The notes beneath the pieces were generated by a model that worked only from the letters and a program-made list of their open reading frames with translations, had not been told where the DNA came from and made no database searches. This document shows positions 39,364-52,914 of a DNA stretch of 63,473 nt, piece after piece (within the stretch, counting starts at the first letter, position 1; each line of letters starts with the position of its first letter). The stretch is from assembly GCA_001938485.1 (NCBI GenBank), contig MQRK01236834.1, positions 1-63,473 of the forward strand, read 5' to 3'. The stretch is from Girardia tigrina. Taxonomy: Eukaryota. A program made the position numbers and the translations under genes.

Positions 39364-40864
39364 TTAAATATGTAAACTGTGGTAAAAAATCATCAAATAA
39401 TGATAAAGTTGGAATTTGTTTCGAAGAGAAACAGAAATCGTTCCACTTGAACTATTGGCGGGGGGTCGCACATTCTTTTGGTCGTCTTAGGGGACAATTG
39501 CATAAACTAACTCTTTCCAACTCATACAACACTTTTTTTTATAATATCTCTAATGATTTTTCAATATTAATTAACTTAAAATTATATATATTTTTATAAA
39601 ATTTCAGTTGTATAAGTACAGAGTACATAATATCAGTAAATTTTTTAATGATTATATATTATCAGATTTTTCAATATATATTATCAATAAAAAAAATATA
39701 ATATATATATAATATATAATATATAATATAATGTATAATATAATATAATGTGCAATATAATATATAATGCTCCAAATAGAGCTTCAAGATGATCAATTTG
39801 AACATTAATTTTGAGTTCCTATGATATTAGTAATAGCGTCTTCTTTTGACTTTTTTCCAATTATGCATTGCAAAATTTATTATCCCTAAAAGTCAATTTT
39901 TAGTCTATAACAATGGCCAATATACACAAATATATAGGAGTTAGAATAAGATAATATTTTACAACTTTTAAGAACTATAACAAGTTTAAACAATTTCGTG
40001 GACAGTTTAGGAGTTTGTTTGCCTATGGACAATTTTGAATGTAAGTTATTATCTGTGTAAGAAAGTTGATGTTTCTGTCATATACCTTAATGTACCTGAT
40101 GGCGAGCTTGAGCCGTCTTTCTATATACATTAAGTAAATATGGATGATACCTTAAGCCGTCTTTACCTACAAAGGAGAAGCAGAATCAACGACTACTGCA
40201 TTATATAAGAAACTTTCTTTTCAGTATTAATTTTATCTGTTCAACAAATGAAATTTAGTAAACTGTAATTCTTTTCACATTTATTATCAAAAATATAAAA
40301 AATTTTAATAAAATATCATTTCATCATTATTAAGAACATCAATCTTATTTTGTAGACTTTTCCTTTTATCACTGTTTGCATTACCTTTGAGACTGAATAA
40401 AATAAAGTTTGTTTAAATGTAAATTTTATTATTTGGAAATTTTGTATTTTTATACTGTTATATTTTATTAAAAACTCTTCGAATATTTTTATATCTTTAA
40501 TAGATATGAGATTTATTTGCAAGGTCAGATCCAGGGGACAAGCTGGGAAGAGTATTTTTATAAATAAAATAATAAAACTATAGGAGTATAATTAAATTAT
40601 TTTATTACGTTTTGAGATGATTGACCAAAAGACAGAAAGACAGACCGATATTTTCGAAAAAACCTGTGTGATGAATTGTGCAGACTTCAAAAGATGAAAA
40701 TGTTTTAATACTTTAATGCTGTTATCGAATCGGTATTAATCAGAAATAGCATAAAAATATTTACCATAAAATTCATAGGTTAACTTTAATCTAAGTGAGA
40801 CGTTGTAGCACCCTTGAGCGATTTTACTTAATGAAGAGTAAATCTTTAATATAAATTCTTGGTG

Positions 40865-41187
40865 TTTTTACAAGCTTTTATTACGTTTCATTTGTTTGTC
40901 TGTCTGGATGCATCATATCTTGCGATCGAAAATTCACCAACTTCCCGTTGACCTAGCGACATGAAACTTTCAGGACTGATGTATTCTAGGTAACAATACA
41001 CTTTTTCATTGTCACTGTTCATCTACCGCCTTTAGTTTGACCACAAAAAGTAATTAAAGTGTCGTTCTCATGTTTTCGCCTAGTAGGCTTTGATAATTCA
41101 GTCAAAAAATGTGGGAAGTGGGTGACATAGATACAGAACCGCAAACATATGACAAATTATAAAAGCTTGTACACCACATATTTTTTT
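40865..41187 (+). mobile_element. Helentron-associated / DINE-1-like non-autonomous element
   Basis: Subterminal inverted repeat TACAAGCTTTTA / TAAAAGCTTGTA, (GTTT/GTCT)n microsatellite, CTAGCGACATGAAACTT core, T-rich ends. Confidence 0.55.
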
Positions 41188-41477
41188 GGTATGATTATAC
41201 TTATTTCTTTTAATGTCTATAAACAAAATAATTCCCTTAGAAAATGGCCTTATAGTTTATAAGAATAGTGAACTCTTGAAAAAATTATAATTAAACAATG
41301 AAACATTAAGAACCAATGAGTTTTTTAGTTTTCTTTGCCAAAGCCCTCAACCCCGTTACACTGTTCTTGGTTTAAATTTGAGATTCTATGGGGGGGGAGT
41401 GATTATCTACTTTACTTATCTGCCATTTTTTGTATTTTAAATATAGTATTTAATTTTGAATAAATTGAAATAAATTT

Positions 41478-41825
41478 GGCAAATTATCAAATAAAAAATC
41501 CTTAAGCCAATTAAAGTTTATTAATTTCGACGGTTTAACCGTCATCGTCAGAACAAATGATTTTTCAAACGAAATTTACTTATATAGTGCAGTTAATGAT
41601 TATATAATCAATACGTAATCAGTACATCATTTAATAATTCTCAACAAAGTTGTAGAGAATGCAATTTGAACGTTAATTTTAGGATCCAAAGATCTTATAT
41701 ATAATGCTTCACATGTCACTCTCTCCCAATAATTTTTAAAATGAGTGCACAGTATTTTAAAGTGTTGTGAATTTATATCTCCTTTATAATGTCTTTTATG
41801 TCCTGCAATATTACTTTTACCTTAT
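41478..41825 (-). mobile_element. Penelope-like 3' fragment (same family as 29138-29760)
   Basis: Near-identical to the minus arm of the 29-kb foldback. Confidence 0.85.
41516..41554 (-). ncRNA. Minimal type-I hammerhead ribozyme, intact, sense to PMCA pre-mRNA
   Basis: GTT-CTGACGA-T-GACGGTTAAACCGTC-GAAA-TTAA-TA-AAC on the minus strand. Confidence 0.78.
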
Positions 41826-42338
41826 TTAATTTTGTAAAAACTTGCTAATCTCTGTTTAAATCTTCTTACAATTTTATCTTTAACTTCATTCTAAAAAGTA
41901 TTTAATTTACAAATTTTAGTATTTTAAGTTTTATGTTAATATTTCTTTTTTTACAATAACTTCTATTTTTTATTTTATAATATAATATTAATTTATTTCT
42001 TTGAAATGCAATTTTTTTATCTTTAGTTTATGATATTTTTTAAATGTTTTGTTAGTTTTTAATTCAAAAATCAAGGTTTTTAAATCAAAGATTTTCTCAA
42101 TATCCTCACAATCTAAACATTATATCAATTCAAAAATGGTTTTTTTAAAAAATATTTATTTAATCGATTTAAAATTTTATACTTTATAAAAAATTTTAAC
42201 ATTCAGGTATTTAAAAATTTATTATTTTATTAATTTAAAATTTTCAATATCTCATGTTGCACAATATAAAATATTAATCATGCTCGAATTTACTTATCAC
42301 AAACATCAAAAATGGCAATTTTTCGTCTTGGTGGAGAA

Positions 42339-43091
42339 CAGCGGCGGATTTAGCATGGCGGTCAGAGTGAAAATAAAAAGTAAAAAAAATAAAAAGCTAC
42401 ATGCTTGAAAAAATATTTATTTTACATGTGTCGTAACCTCGTATGAGGGAACCAGACTTGATGTATCGTTGGTAGATGGGTAATGGCGTATTGGTAACAG
42501 ATTTAGTAGAATGAATAAAAGATGGTTTATTAAGCTTCATAACTATTCCCTTTTCTTTTACCTTTATATAGTTTTATGAAAACCCAAAGAGATAAGTGAT
42601 CAATATAAAATAAATTATGTATTGAATAAATTATTCTTTAAAAGCTTACCTCTTTAGGTTAAGTCACTTTAAGGAATAATTTAAGATTAATTAACCTAAT
42701 GTAGTATTACTACAACATACAATATAAAATTAATTTCATTGTAATTTTCTTTTATTTCATACAATGCTGTAAAAAAACAAATTTTTTTAACAAAAAACTC
42801 ATTTTTACTGGCTATTATAGCCACAATAAACCAGGTCCATTGGTTCGTGGCATGCTATAAAAATTGCTAAATATTAATTTATAAATATTTCAAAAATTTA
42901 AAAAAGATTCAAAACACAACAAAAAATATTTCTTATTTACTAATCATCCTTACTAAATTCTAAGAAATTAGATAAACATTTTCCAAATAAAACGAAAGGT
43001 TTATAATAGGTGATCTTAAAAGAAATTATTCTTAAACAATCTCGGGGCCCCTGGCGACCGCCTGGTTTGACACCCATTAAATCCGCCCCTG
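42339..43091. mobile_element. hAT-type non-autonomous element
   Basis: TIRs CAGCGGCGGATTTA / TAAATCCGCCCCTG; flanks GTGGAGAA / GTGAGAAG resemble an 8-bp TSD with one indel. Confidence 0.7.
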
Positions 43092-43966
43092 GTGAGAAGC
43101 ACATTCCCAAATACTAAACTCAATATACGAATTTCAACATAGTATATTTAGAATATTCCTAACAATTATTAAAAAACAAAAGCATTAATGATAATTGAAA
43201 AAGTCATGTTAATTATATTATTTTCATTATTGTTAGAATGTTTTAATTTAATTAATATTTGTAGTTTTCGTAATAATAAAAAAAATAATATTTTTGAGCT
43301 TTTTATCCTAATTAATTAATGCTAAAAAAATCATTATTTGTAATATATAAAAACCAGAGCAAATTAATCATAAATAATACTGGTATAATTTATTGATTTT
43401 TTTGTTTAATAGAAACAGAAATTAAAATTAATTAATTTTCCAGTTGAAGAGAATCTCGGGAAATTATTCAAATAATTTGGGAATAATAAAACATATTGAA
43501 ATTTATTAAATTTGAGAAGAGATCAATTAATCAATCAATATCTGGCAGGGAATTAATTTGATAATGATGATGCTTTAGAATGGCAGGCTCTTCCACCGAG
43601 ATTCTGGCCCGTCACGGGGACCTCGAGCTGAACTGGCCATCCCTCTATTTATTATCTCTGATGCCTATACACTTATATACATAATATACGCCCTGGAATT
43701 CCCAGGCATGCTAGATAATTTTCTTTAAAATTAATATATATTATATTTTAATTTATAATTTTTTTAATATTTCTTATTTTATTTCTCATGTTAACATGGA
43801 CGCGTTGAATGAACAAAAATTCAATCTGCATATTGCTGCTGCAATAGCGGTGCCGTCAAGCGTGTTATTCACAATTGCGTGTATGACACAAAAAAATCTT
43901 TTAACCAATCATGTCAAAGTTTTACTAATTTATTGCGATGGCTCGGCGTTAATGACGCAAACTCCT

Positions 43967-44068
43967 GAAGACTCATAATACGGAAGACTAAGTGACCAGA
44001 AGGCGCAGTGTTAGGAAGACTCACTGCCCGGAAGACGTACTACCTGTAAGTTACAGAATACAGAAGTT
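43967..44068 (+). repeat. Phased 16-nt-period GAAGAC array
   Basis: GAAG(A/G)C at 43967, 43983, 43999, 44015, 44031, with degenerate units at 44047 and 44063. Confidence 0.7.
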
Positions 44069-46454
44069 TTTTTGCGACGGCAAATGTATTAAAAACAAAA
44101 GTTTTGTGCTGTTAATATTTTAATATGATATCTAATTATCATATTTTTGTTTTATACTAATTAATAAATTCTAAATAGTACATAGAAATATGATTTGATT
44201 TTTATAGATTTTATGTTTTTGCCTTGCTCACCGTTAATATTTTATAGTTTATATTACCCTTGTTGCAATTAGCGTTTGAAGGAAAGTCGATTTTGCCAAT
44301 TTATATTTTTTAGCAAATATAATCTCTGATTTTGATTTACCTGGTTTAAATAGGACAGACAAAATTGATTATATAAATTATTTATATTTTTAGAACTGTC
44401 ACAGTTTATCACTATTTAATACAAAAAATTCTTTGAACGATTTTTAGCGAAACAAAATTCGTGATGTGAATCTTTTGATTTTGCCGCCACAAAACACATT
44501 CTTCCACGCTTTCCTTCCTCATCCTTGTTTTTGTATGTAAAAGTAACGAATTTACTACCTATTTGCTAATTTGTCAAATTCACTACTTTTACCATAAATA
44601 GAAATAGTTAAACAATGACCTAACTAGGTTAATCAAAAAGAAAGAACAGTATTGGATGAACCTAGTTGTGAATGAACGTTAATAAAAAACCAATAGTCAA
44701 AAGAAAATAAAAAAACTCAGTTATCAAACAAACTTTTAATAATGAATGACATATGTGGATTACACATACTGAGAATCATATTAGGTAAGCCATAGTTATA
44801 ATAATAATTTTCGTTGATTTCAATTTTTAAATTCAAATCATCATCAATGTATTTGAATAATTTTCATTATTTCATATCACTAAATGACGACGCTGCCTCT
44901 TTGTATCACACTATATTTATCAGTCACAAATCCAGATTTTGCGTATTTACTGATAATCACATCAACCATTCGAATCATTTAATTAATTTTTATCATTATT
45001 GTAAAAGTGAGAGATTTCATTCCAAAGCTGACTTTTCTTTGGGTTTATGAGATAACATTTACCAATATATTTATGAACACATTCATAATTCTGGTATTTT
45101 TACCTTTCAATTCATTCCAAGAAAAGAAAAAATATATAATATTTATTTTATATTCTTGTAAAATTACTGAAACATATATCACATCAATCTAATTACCACT
45201 TGGATTCATCATGGTTATGATGATGAGGAGGAGGATGAAGATTATTATTATTATTATTATTATTATAGACAATTCATCATCTACATACTAGAACAGTTTT
45301 AAGTCATATTACAAAATGTCAGGGTAATAATAATGAACATGAAAAAAGTTTTAAGTTATTTTAAATAATTTTAACATAAATTGTGAAAGGATCATTGCCG
45401 AAGCATTGTTAATAAAGAATAATAAACCATGCTTAAATATGTAACGTCATTTTTAATATCAAAATTTAAAAGCGTGTGTTTTGATTTTTGTAATTCAGCT
45501 ATATAAATAGTAATTAATCTATTTGTCATTGCAACTGAAAATGCCATAATGGTGAAACGCATCTGATTTAAAACTAAATTTAATGATAAATGGCATTTGT
45601 TTTCATTATTATTAAAAATGATATTATTCATTGTAGAATATATATAATACAATTTCAGAAAATGATTTTTTATTGAGGGAAATCCTAATATTTCCTTTTC
45701 GCTGTTTCGAAAGCAAAGAGTGCCTTAGGTTAATGTTGACACAGAAAATGAAAAACAACTTTACAAAGGATAATAGTTTATTCCTTCAACGACCCCATAA
45801 TTTATCAATCAGAGATCCGGCCATTGCACTGATGAATCGTAATTCAATTAAAACAATTTCCTTAAAAGGAAAATTATCAAAGTTCAAACTATAAAAGCCG
45901 AAAAAATGGAAAAATTACCACATTTTCCCGAATTTACGTCTCCCCAGTGTTTCTTTTTTCAACATTTCTATTGAAATATTATTTATATTATATTTTGAAG
46001 AATGAAAACCATTTTCTCCTTCCATCACTTATAATTTGAATAAAATTCTTTTCTTTCTAATTATGATTTTTTTTATTAAATATTTCAAGAAACAAAAGAC
46101 TCCTCAAGGAAAATATTTGCAAACTTCAAACAGAAATAAACTATAAAATAAATTTAAGGCAAAACTTCTCGACATCGGTTGTACGCTTTGAAGGAAGGTG
46201 ATGGACGAAAGGAGTCGTGGACAGACAAATGTCGTCAATAATTCATCCACATAATTCAAAGAGAATTGTGAAAAAAATATTTCGACAAATAAATCGAAAA
46301 ATAAATTTAATGTTTCAAAGGACAAAAAGAAACATTCTTCTGAAATAAGTTATCAAAATATTTTTTAGTCAAATAACATAAATTTATTTGTTGAAGTTGA
46401 GCATATTGTTGAGCATAGGAAAAATTGTAAATATGATTTGAGTATAAATTTAAA

Positions 46455-46730
46455 AATCTAATTCTGTGCACGTATTTTAAAAATTATTGGGAGTGTCGTG
46501 TGAAGCTTTGTTAATAAGGTCTCGTGACACTAAAACTAATGTTCAAGTGACACTCTCAACCAATTAGTTAAGAGTATTCGATTAATTTTCCGTAAAAGAT
46601 TACATAATCATCAATTTCACATATATAAGCAGTAAAAAATCTAAAAATTAGTGATCTGAAGATATAAACCCGTCAAAATATATTATCATGAAAAAAATAT
46701 ATTTTGAAATGGTGTCTCTTTTGTTTAATA
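46455..46730 (+). mobile_element. Penelope-like 3' relic (family of 10948-12040)
   Basis: Similar to 11760-12040 (tattggga..tgtgaagc..ttaagagtattcgatta..gtgatctgaaga..ccgtcaaaatatattatca); hammerhead decayed. Confidence 0.7.
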
Positions 46731-47935
46731 TTTTTAAGACAAATAATTTAGATGGAACAATATTAATTGTGAATAGGGGTTCATAAACAAGTTGAAGGAT
46801 CAATAAAAATTGATCATCCCTATTTTTGTCTCTGGATCATAATGGAATAAACATTGAAATCATTATTTACAAATCAGCAACAGATTAATCTCTAGTCTCA
46901 TTACACGACAATTTAGTTTAAATAATTTTGCCATTTTTAATATAGTTTTTTAATTGTGTTTTGAGCTTTGTATCGTTGATTTGAACTACAAATATGATCC
47001 GATCTTTTGTCTGATCCGTGTTGACGGAACGTAACTCAGTCTGAATAAGCGAAGTGTGCAACACCATCTGTAAATTCACGTTTCATTTCTAATTTTATTT
47101 TTTACTTTTTCACACATTTTCCGAGTTTGTGGACTTTACGAAAGCCGTTCCTATTGCTGGTAATCGCCATTACTTCACATATTTTGTTTGACAACATAAA
47201 TTACTATGTTTTATAATTAAAAAAGTTCACTTTAGTCTAATTTTCCACATAAAAGACATAAGATTTACATAATAATTTTATTTATGCTAGGTTAGATTTC
47301 ATGATTATTTTTTCTTATGAACTGAATCGTTTACGTCTTCGCCCTAGTTCCGGGTGTTACGCTTCTGAGTTTGTTGAAGATTTCTGCAAACATGTAGTGA
47401 CAACCTTAATGTCTGATTCTATTTTTTGCAATAATTTACATGAGCGTAGTGTCACTACGATCAGTGTCGGAAAAAATTTTAACTCAGAATTAAACACCTC
47501 TTCGCTGCTTCATACGTCGGTAATTCTAACCAGTCACGATCTGTCAATTCTTCGACCGATTTTTGTTTAGACGACCCCATCACTTTTTCATCAACACTAT
47601 TACGCCCACAGGCATGGTTCATTTCGTCGAATAAAGCCACAAGCGACTGTTGCGATGAATGACGTTTCACGGATAATATCATCAGATTTGATATAAATCA
47701 TGGTAAACATATTCTTTGCAACTTAAATTTTGCATCGTGGCAGGCGTTTGTCAATAAATGAAAACTATTGTGATGGTTATGACTTTGTTTTCTTCATCTG
47801 AATTGCATTGTTTTATATTGGATGCAAACTTTCCTCAGCTCGAAGAAATAAGCGCAATGCTTTACAGCTAGTTAGATCCGTTGTTCGCAAGACCATTACA
47901 TAAATGGCTTTGGTCAATAATCTAATTAAATATAT

Positions 47936-48488
47936 TGTAAGTAGCGTTTATGTCACTTTCATTATCACTAGATTCCAAGTTCAAACCTCAACACTAAAAT
48001 TTTATTAATGACAATAATTTACATATTTAAACAAAAGTCTTGGTAATTCAATTATTTCGCCAAAATTTTGAATCCAATTCAATTTGTAAAATTTAATAAA
48101 TTTTAAAAATTTAAATTAATCAAATTCATTTTTAAATTATAACTAAAAATTTTTATAAAATGTTATCCTAAACCTAATTAATTTAAATTTACCAAACGCC
48201 TTTTATTTTATTTATTACTATTTATTTTATTTCTTAAAATATTATAAAGTTTTATCCGTTTATTATTTATTATAAAATTCTTATTTCAAAACTTTTATCA
48301 AAATATATCAATAGTTATGACTGTAAACATTTTTTATTTATATATAATTGTTGAATTTTTGATGGCTTTCTTTATAATATCTTTTAATTTTAAACTTTTT
48401 TGTATTTATTTATATTTTAAAAACTTTCAATTTTAAAAAATAATAAATTATTTTGGCGAAGTTCAAATTTAAACTAACTCCTCATACA
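47936..48488. mobile_element. LTR-like repeat family B, copy 2
   Basis: TGTAAGTAGCGTTTATG ... AAATTTAAACTAACTCCTCATACA (TG...CA). Confidence 0.6.
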
Positions 48489-49689
48489 CATGAAAGCTAT
48501 TTTTGTAACAAACTGGATTCAGTGGAGGCACTCAATAGGGCGTATTGTACACGTAAATGTCCAAAGTGATTCATCCAAATATAAATAAGTATTTTGAAAA
48601 TTGATCAATTGCAGTTGATTTGCTGATCCAATTTTTGAAAAATTATTTTAATTTTAGAAAAATTATTTTGTTTTAGATAATGATAAAATGTTGGCAATTT
48701 TTAATTTTATTTTTAGTTACTATTTATTAAAACTGATAAAAACTTTTAAATTATTTTAACATCAACTTTATCAAGAAATTTAATCTATTTAAAATTTATT
48801 TTTAATTTCAAAAAAAAAACAAAATAGAAATTTAATTTCGTAAATAAAGTCATTTTTTATTTTGAAATAATAATTTTGTAATGATTTAAAAATAATTATT
48901 TTTTTTTATATTTTGGAAATAAAAAATATTTTGTCTTGCAATCCAGAGTCGTTTGATTCCTGTAGAAAGATTACCCGAGAGAGGCAAAATAAACTGTTTA
49001 TTTTCGACAAAAAAAATTAAGCTGATTTATTTCTAAAAATTTTCATGCATCAAAAATTTTTATAAAGAAACTCAAAATTGAAAAAAAAATAAAATTTTAA
49101 CAGGCTTAAAAATTCTCTTTTTTAAAAATCGTAAAGCATGAGCCAATTCGATTTTTTAATAATTGAATCTTTTGAATTTTTGTATTTTGATAATTTGAAG
49201 TTTTAAATAATTTGTTTTTGTCGGAAACCTCTGTGAGGTAAATGGAAATCGTTTTAAAATTATAAAAATATAAATTATAAATATACATCATCTGAATACT
49301 TCTTTATTATTTCCAAAAATCCACGACACTTTTCGTTCCTAACCTAACACGATCAACTGGATCGTCCTTCTGAGATCATATTTTAAACATTCAAAACCAA
49401 ATGAAAATCTGTAACAAGCAGAATATTTGTATGAAATCTGATTGGATATAAATAACTTAAAACACCAAATAGATAATAAAAATAAATATTACATAATAAA
49501 TATTACAATAATATATTTTTCAAAAATATACACTTAATAAATTTAGTCTTTTAAAACATCCATTTTTATGCAATCTATAAAAAACAAATTCATTTTTTAA
49601 TACAAATTAAACCTGGAAATAAATAGGAAATAAATTAATAGAGGAAATTCATATAGAATCGTTCCTTAAGTTTCATGAATGAGAGTCAT

Positions 49690-50490
49690 TGACTGAGTTC
49701 ACGACTGAGGGTAATCACAAAATCTTTTCCTTGATGTTCTTGTTACTAGGATGAAGGGTAATTACGAGACAGAAATTTATAGAAAAAGAACGGTGATAGG
49801 ACTGTATTAAACAATAAACTGTTTTAATGCGGAAAAATACATAAAGAGTCTTGTCAAAGGTTGGATGCTCAAGTATGGCCCTTATCTTCAACTTTTAAAT
49901 TATCTCACAAGATCCAAACAATTTGAGGAAGAGACTGAATAAGAATATGTACTTTGACTGTGTTTTTGATAAAAGATTGAAGCAGACATTAGGAAAAGAG
50001 TATGATGGAAGAAAAAAGTGTAATATCAAGAATTATGAATCGGAGGGGGTCTCAAAACATTTGTGAAAAGACTATAGTCTGGAGGTTTTTAAAAACTAAA
50101 TTTAGCTCACGTAATTTAATTAACAACGATATAAAAGTTCTGTCTGTCACTTCGAAGGTATAATGATTTTTCTCGTTAAAACCAAAAACAGATTTGGGTA
50201 TGCAAGTTAATATTGTTTATAATTTTTTATGTCACAAATTTACATTGGAAAGACACTGTACTCGTATTAGTTTGCAATCAACCAAAACATGATACGCTTT
50301 CTGAAAGACGGTTTCTCGAGTCATTATTGATTAGCTATCTCAACTCTTTTATAAAAAGATTATACTTCATTTTTAAATATTTTCATTTATTAAAATCAAA
50401 TTTAAAATTATATTTAACTTTATACATATACAAAATTAACATCTTTGAATTCAAATGTTATTCAGGACATACTGGTATATTTTTTCAATA
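49690..50490 (+). mobile_element. Penelope-like relic (family 3)
   Basis: EFTTE..FLDVLVTRMKGNYETEIYRKR (RT thumb) and HDTLSERRFLESLLISYLN (endonuclease tail). Confidence 0.6.
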
Positions 50491-51528
50491 AATCGAAATA
50501 TTAGTATTTAAAATAAATCTTTTCAGTTATTTATCTAATCAGAATTTGAAAAATATTCTGTGTTTGATACAGGCTCGTTTTTGGTTTTAGTCTTGAATGT
50601 TTATAGATCTAATCTTTCAATGGACGATCTACCTTATGATGTCCTTATAAGAACGAAATATGTCTTGAATTTTGAAATAATAAATGGTTACTCAAAAGAT
50701 ATTTCATCGTTTTTTACACTATAAAAAAACGAATAGTGCGATAAAAATTATCAAATCTATCAAAAACGAGAAATTGTTGACATTTGAAAATTGAAAGATG
50801 ACCTCCGATTCCAAAGAATTAAATTCACAATCGCTGTTCGTGAAAAAAAAATCAATGAAATAATAATAATATTAATATTAATTTGTTTAAAAAAATATAC
50901 TAAAGTTTAAAGAAAAACAACTTATTTTATATTATATTAAATCATTAAATAAAATTAGTTATGTAAAATTAATATTAATCGATAAGTGGAATTACATTTT
51001 TATACGTACATTTATTAGTGATTGTCGCTGTGTGGCTTATTTTCTTTTATTTTATTTACTTTTCCAGAGAGAATGATTTCATGACTACTGGCCGGATCAA
51101 TCAGATATTGCTTATTGGTTTTTATTTTGAATTAAAAAAGTAATGACAAATGTTTAATTTTATAATCAACACAATTGAAAAATTTTTATTATTTCGGTGG
51201 ATTAACCTTTGCGATCTTCAGCCATAATTAACAACAATTGTACTACCATATTATACTACCACATTTCATTGGTGATTGAGCAACGAAATAAGTAATCTGC
51301 AAAAAGTTGAAGAAAGATTTGCGTGGATTAAGTGTTTCTAACAATTGTTATATTTTCCTTATATTTAAAGATACTCTGATTAATTTTCAGACTGTTCAAG
51401 CGCAATGATCATTAATGCTTTTCTCCATATAAAACAAGTAAATTTTACGTCGAAAATTTTAGTGTCAATTCTTTTTCCCATTTTTGAAGCTTTTATTTAG
51501 CAGATTTAATACACCCTTTGAAAACTTG

Positions 51529-51958
51529 TTTTATAGCATTTTTACAATGAAATTGAACTTTCGCAAAATGTAATTGAAATTTTGCAAAAACTTCAAAGTT
51601 TTTTTTGTAGAGAAAAGTCAAATAAATAAAAAAATAGAAAGAAATTCAGGGCCGACAGTTAAAATAGACACTAAGATTATTTAAAGAATAACTGAATTAC
51701 CATATTTTTTTGACACTTTAAAATAATCAAATTCGATTCTTAATATCCTTCAGTTAATGGTTGATTTGTTAGAATAAATATTTAAGTATATATTTTAGCT
51801 GTTAAGTATATATCTATAGTGGGTAAGATAGATGGGTTGGTACGGGGAAATTTAATCCAGAGAAAGTTAATCTCGGTATTGTTAATCCCGGACACTTAAT
51901 ACCGTAGTTCAATTTCATTTTGCAAAAAGTTCAATTTTATTGTAAAAATGCTATAAAA
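51529..51958. mobile_element. MITE-like inverted repeat
   Basis: ~50-bp inverted arms TTTTATAGCATTTTTACAATGAAATTGAACTTTCGCAAAATG / CATTTTGCAAAAAGTTCAATTTTATTGTAAAAATGCTATAAAA. Confidence 0.65.
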
Positions 51959-52721
51959 TCTTTTCACATACCCTTTTACGAAGAATGACTTATAAGTGGT
52001 CATTTTATTTGTTTCACGACACTCGAAAGGACTGATGATTCGATTGTAAATTATAATTTTAATTCTTTAAACTTTTAAAATTAAAAAATAATGTGTTAAA
52101 AGTGTAAACTAAAGAAAATGTCAAAAAAATAATTTCTGATGCCAAATAGATTAATTAATTTATTAGTTTCTTATTTGCAATAATTATCCAGTTTTAAGAA
52201 ATTTCAAGAATTAATAAAATTTAAAGACTATTTCTTAGCAGAGATCGGTGTTAATTCTCTGTACTAAATAAGCTGTATTGGGGTACCGTATACAAATATA
52301 GATAAAATGAGCGGATCGCGACCGTATTACCCGTAATAGTAGGCGCACGAAATTTTTTTGGGAATTTTCACATTAAATTGAAAGTAAAATTTAATATATC
52401 ATTTTTGTTTAAATAAATTTCATTGTATAAGAAAACATGTGAAACTTAATGACAACTTTATAAAACTTTATGGAACAACCACCATTACTTATATTCTGAT
52501 GGTAAGTTTTAGAAGCAGTCTTTTAACTCCACTTTTTCGTGATAGATTGCAGTAGTTCTTCTAGAATGATGAATTTTGAAAATATATCAAAGTAGCTCTG
52601 ATGATTTTAAATATTTATGAAGAAATTTTCAGTATTTCATAATGCAGCAGATAAATGGTTAAGTTAACACTGAATCCATTTTATCGATAATTAAAGATAG
52701 AACAAACTGAAATATAATTAA

Positions 52722-52914
52722 CCCCTTTACCGTGGAAAAAATTTTTTTTTTGGAAACTGTGTAATTGTTTTCTTTCATTATTTGATTTGTTATGTTGTCC
52801 TGACAAAATAAAACATCATTGTGAGTGAAAATGAGTTGACACTTAGAATTTATATATATATCTGAATTTTATATATCTGAAGACGAGTTAACTCGTGATA
52901 TACGGAAAAAGGGA
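52722..52914. mobile_element. piggyBac-like MITE
   Basis: TTAA|CCCCTTTACCGT ... ACGGAAAAAGGGA|TTAA, with a subterminal palindrome ACGAGTTAACTCGT. Confidence 0.65.

Noticed and set aside
43560-43716. Helitron 3' end (CTGG/CCAG hairpin then CTAG)
   Set aside because: CTAG is not followed by T and there is no clear 5' end, so evidence is insufficient.
43967-44068. CRISPR-like repeat/spacer array
   Set aside because: The 6-nt repeat and 10-nt spacers are far too short, the context is eukaryotic, and there are no cas genes.
47655-47692. Hammerhead-like CTGATGA...GAAACGTC on the minus strand
   Set aside because: Helix II cannot form.
51185-51225. Hammerhead-like CTGAAGA..GGT/ACC-GAAA on the minus strand; similar weak motif at 25575-25612
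   Set aside because: The core spacing and helix I are broken. These are possibly decayed PLE ends but cannot be supported as ribozymes.
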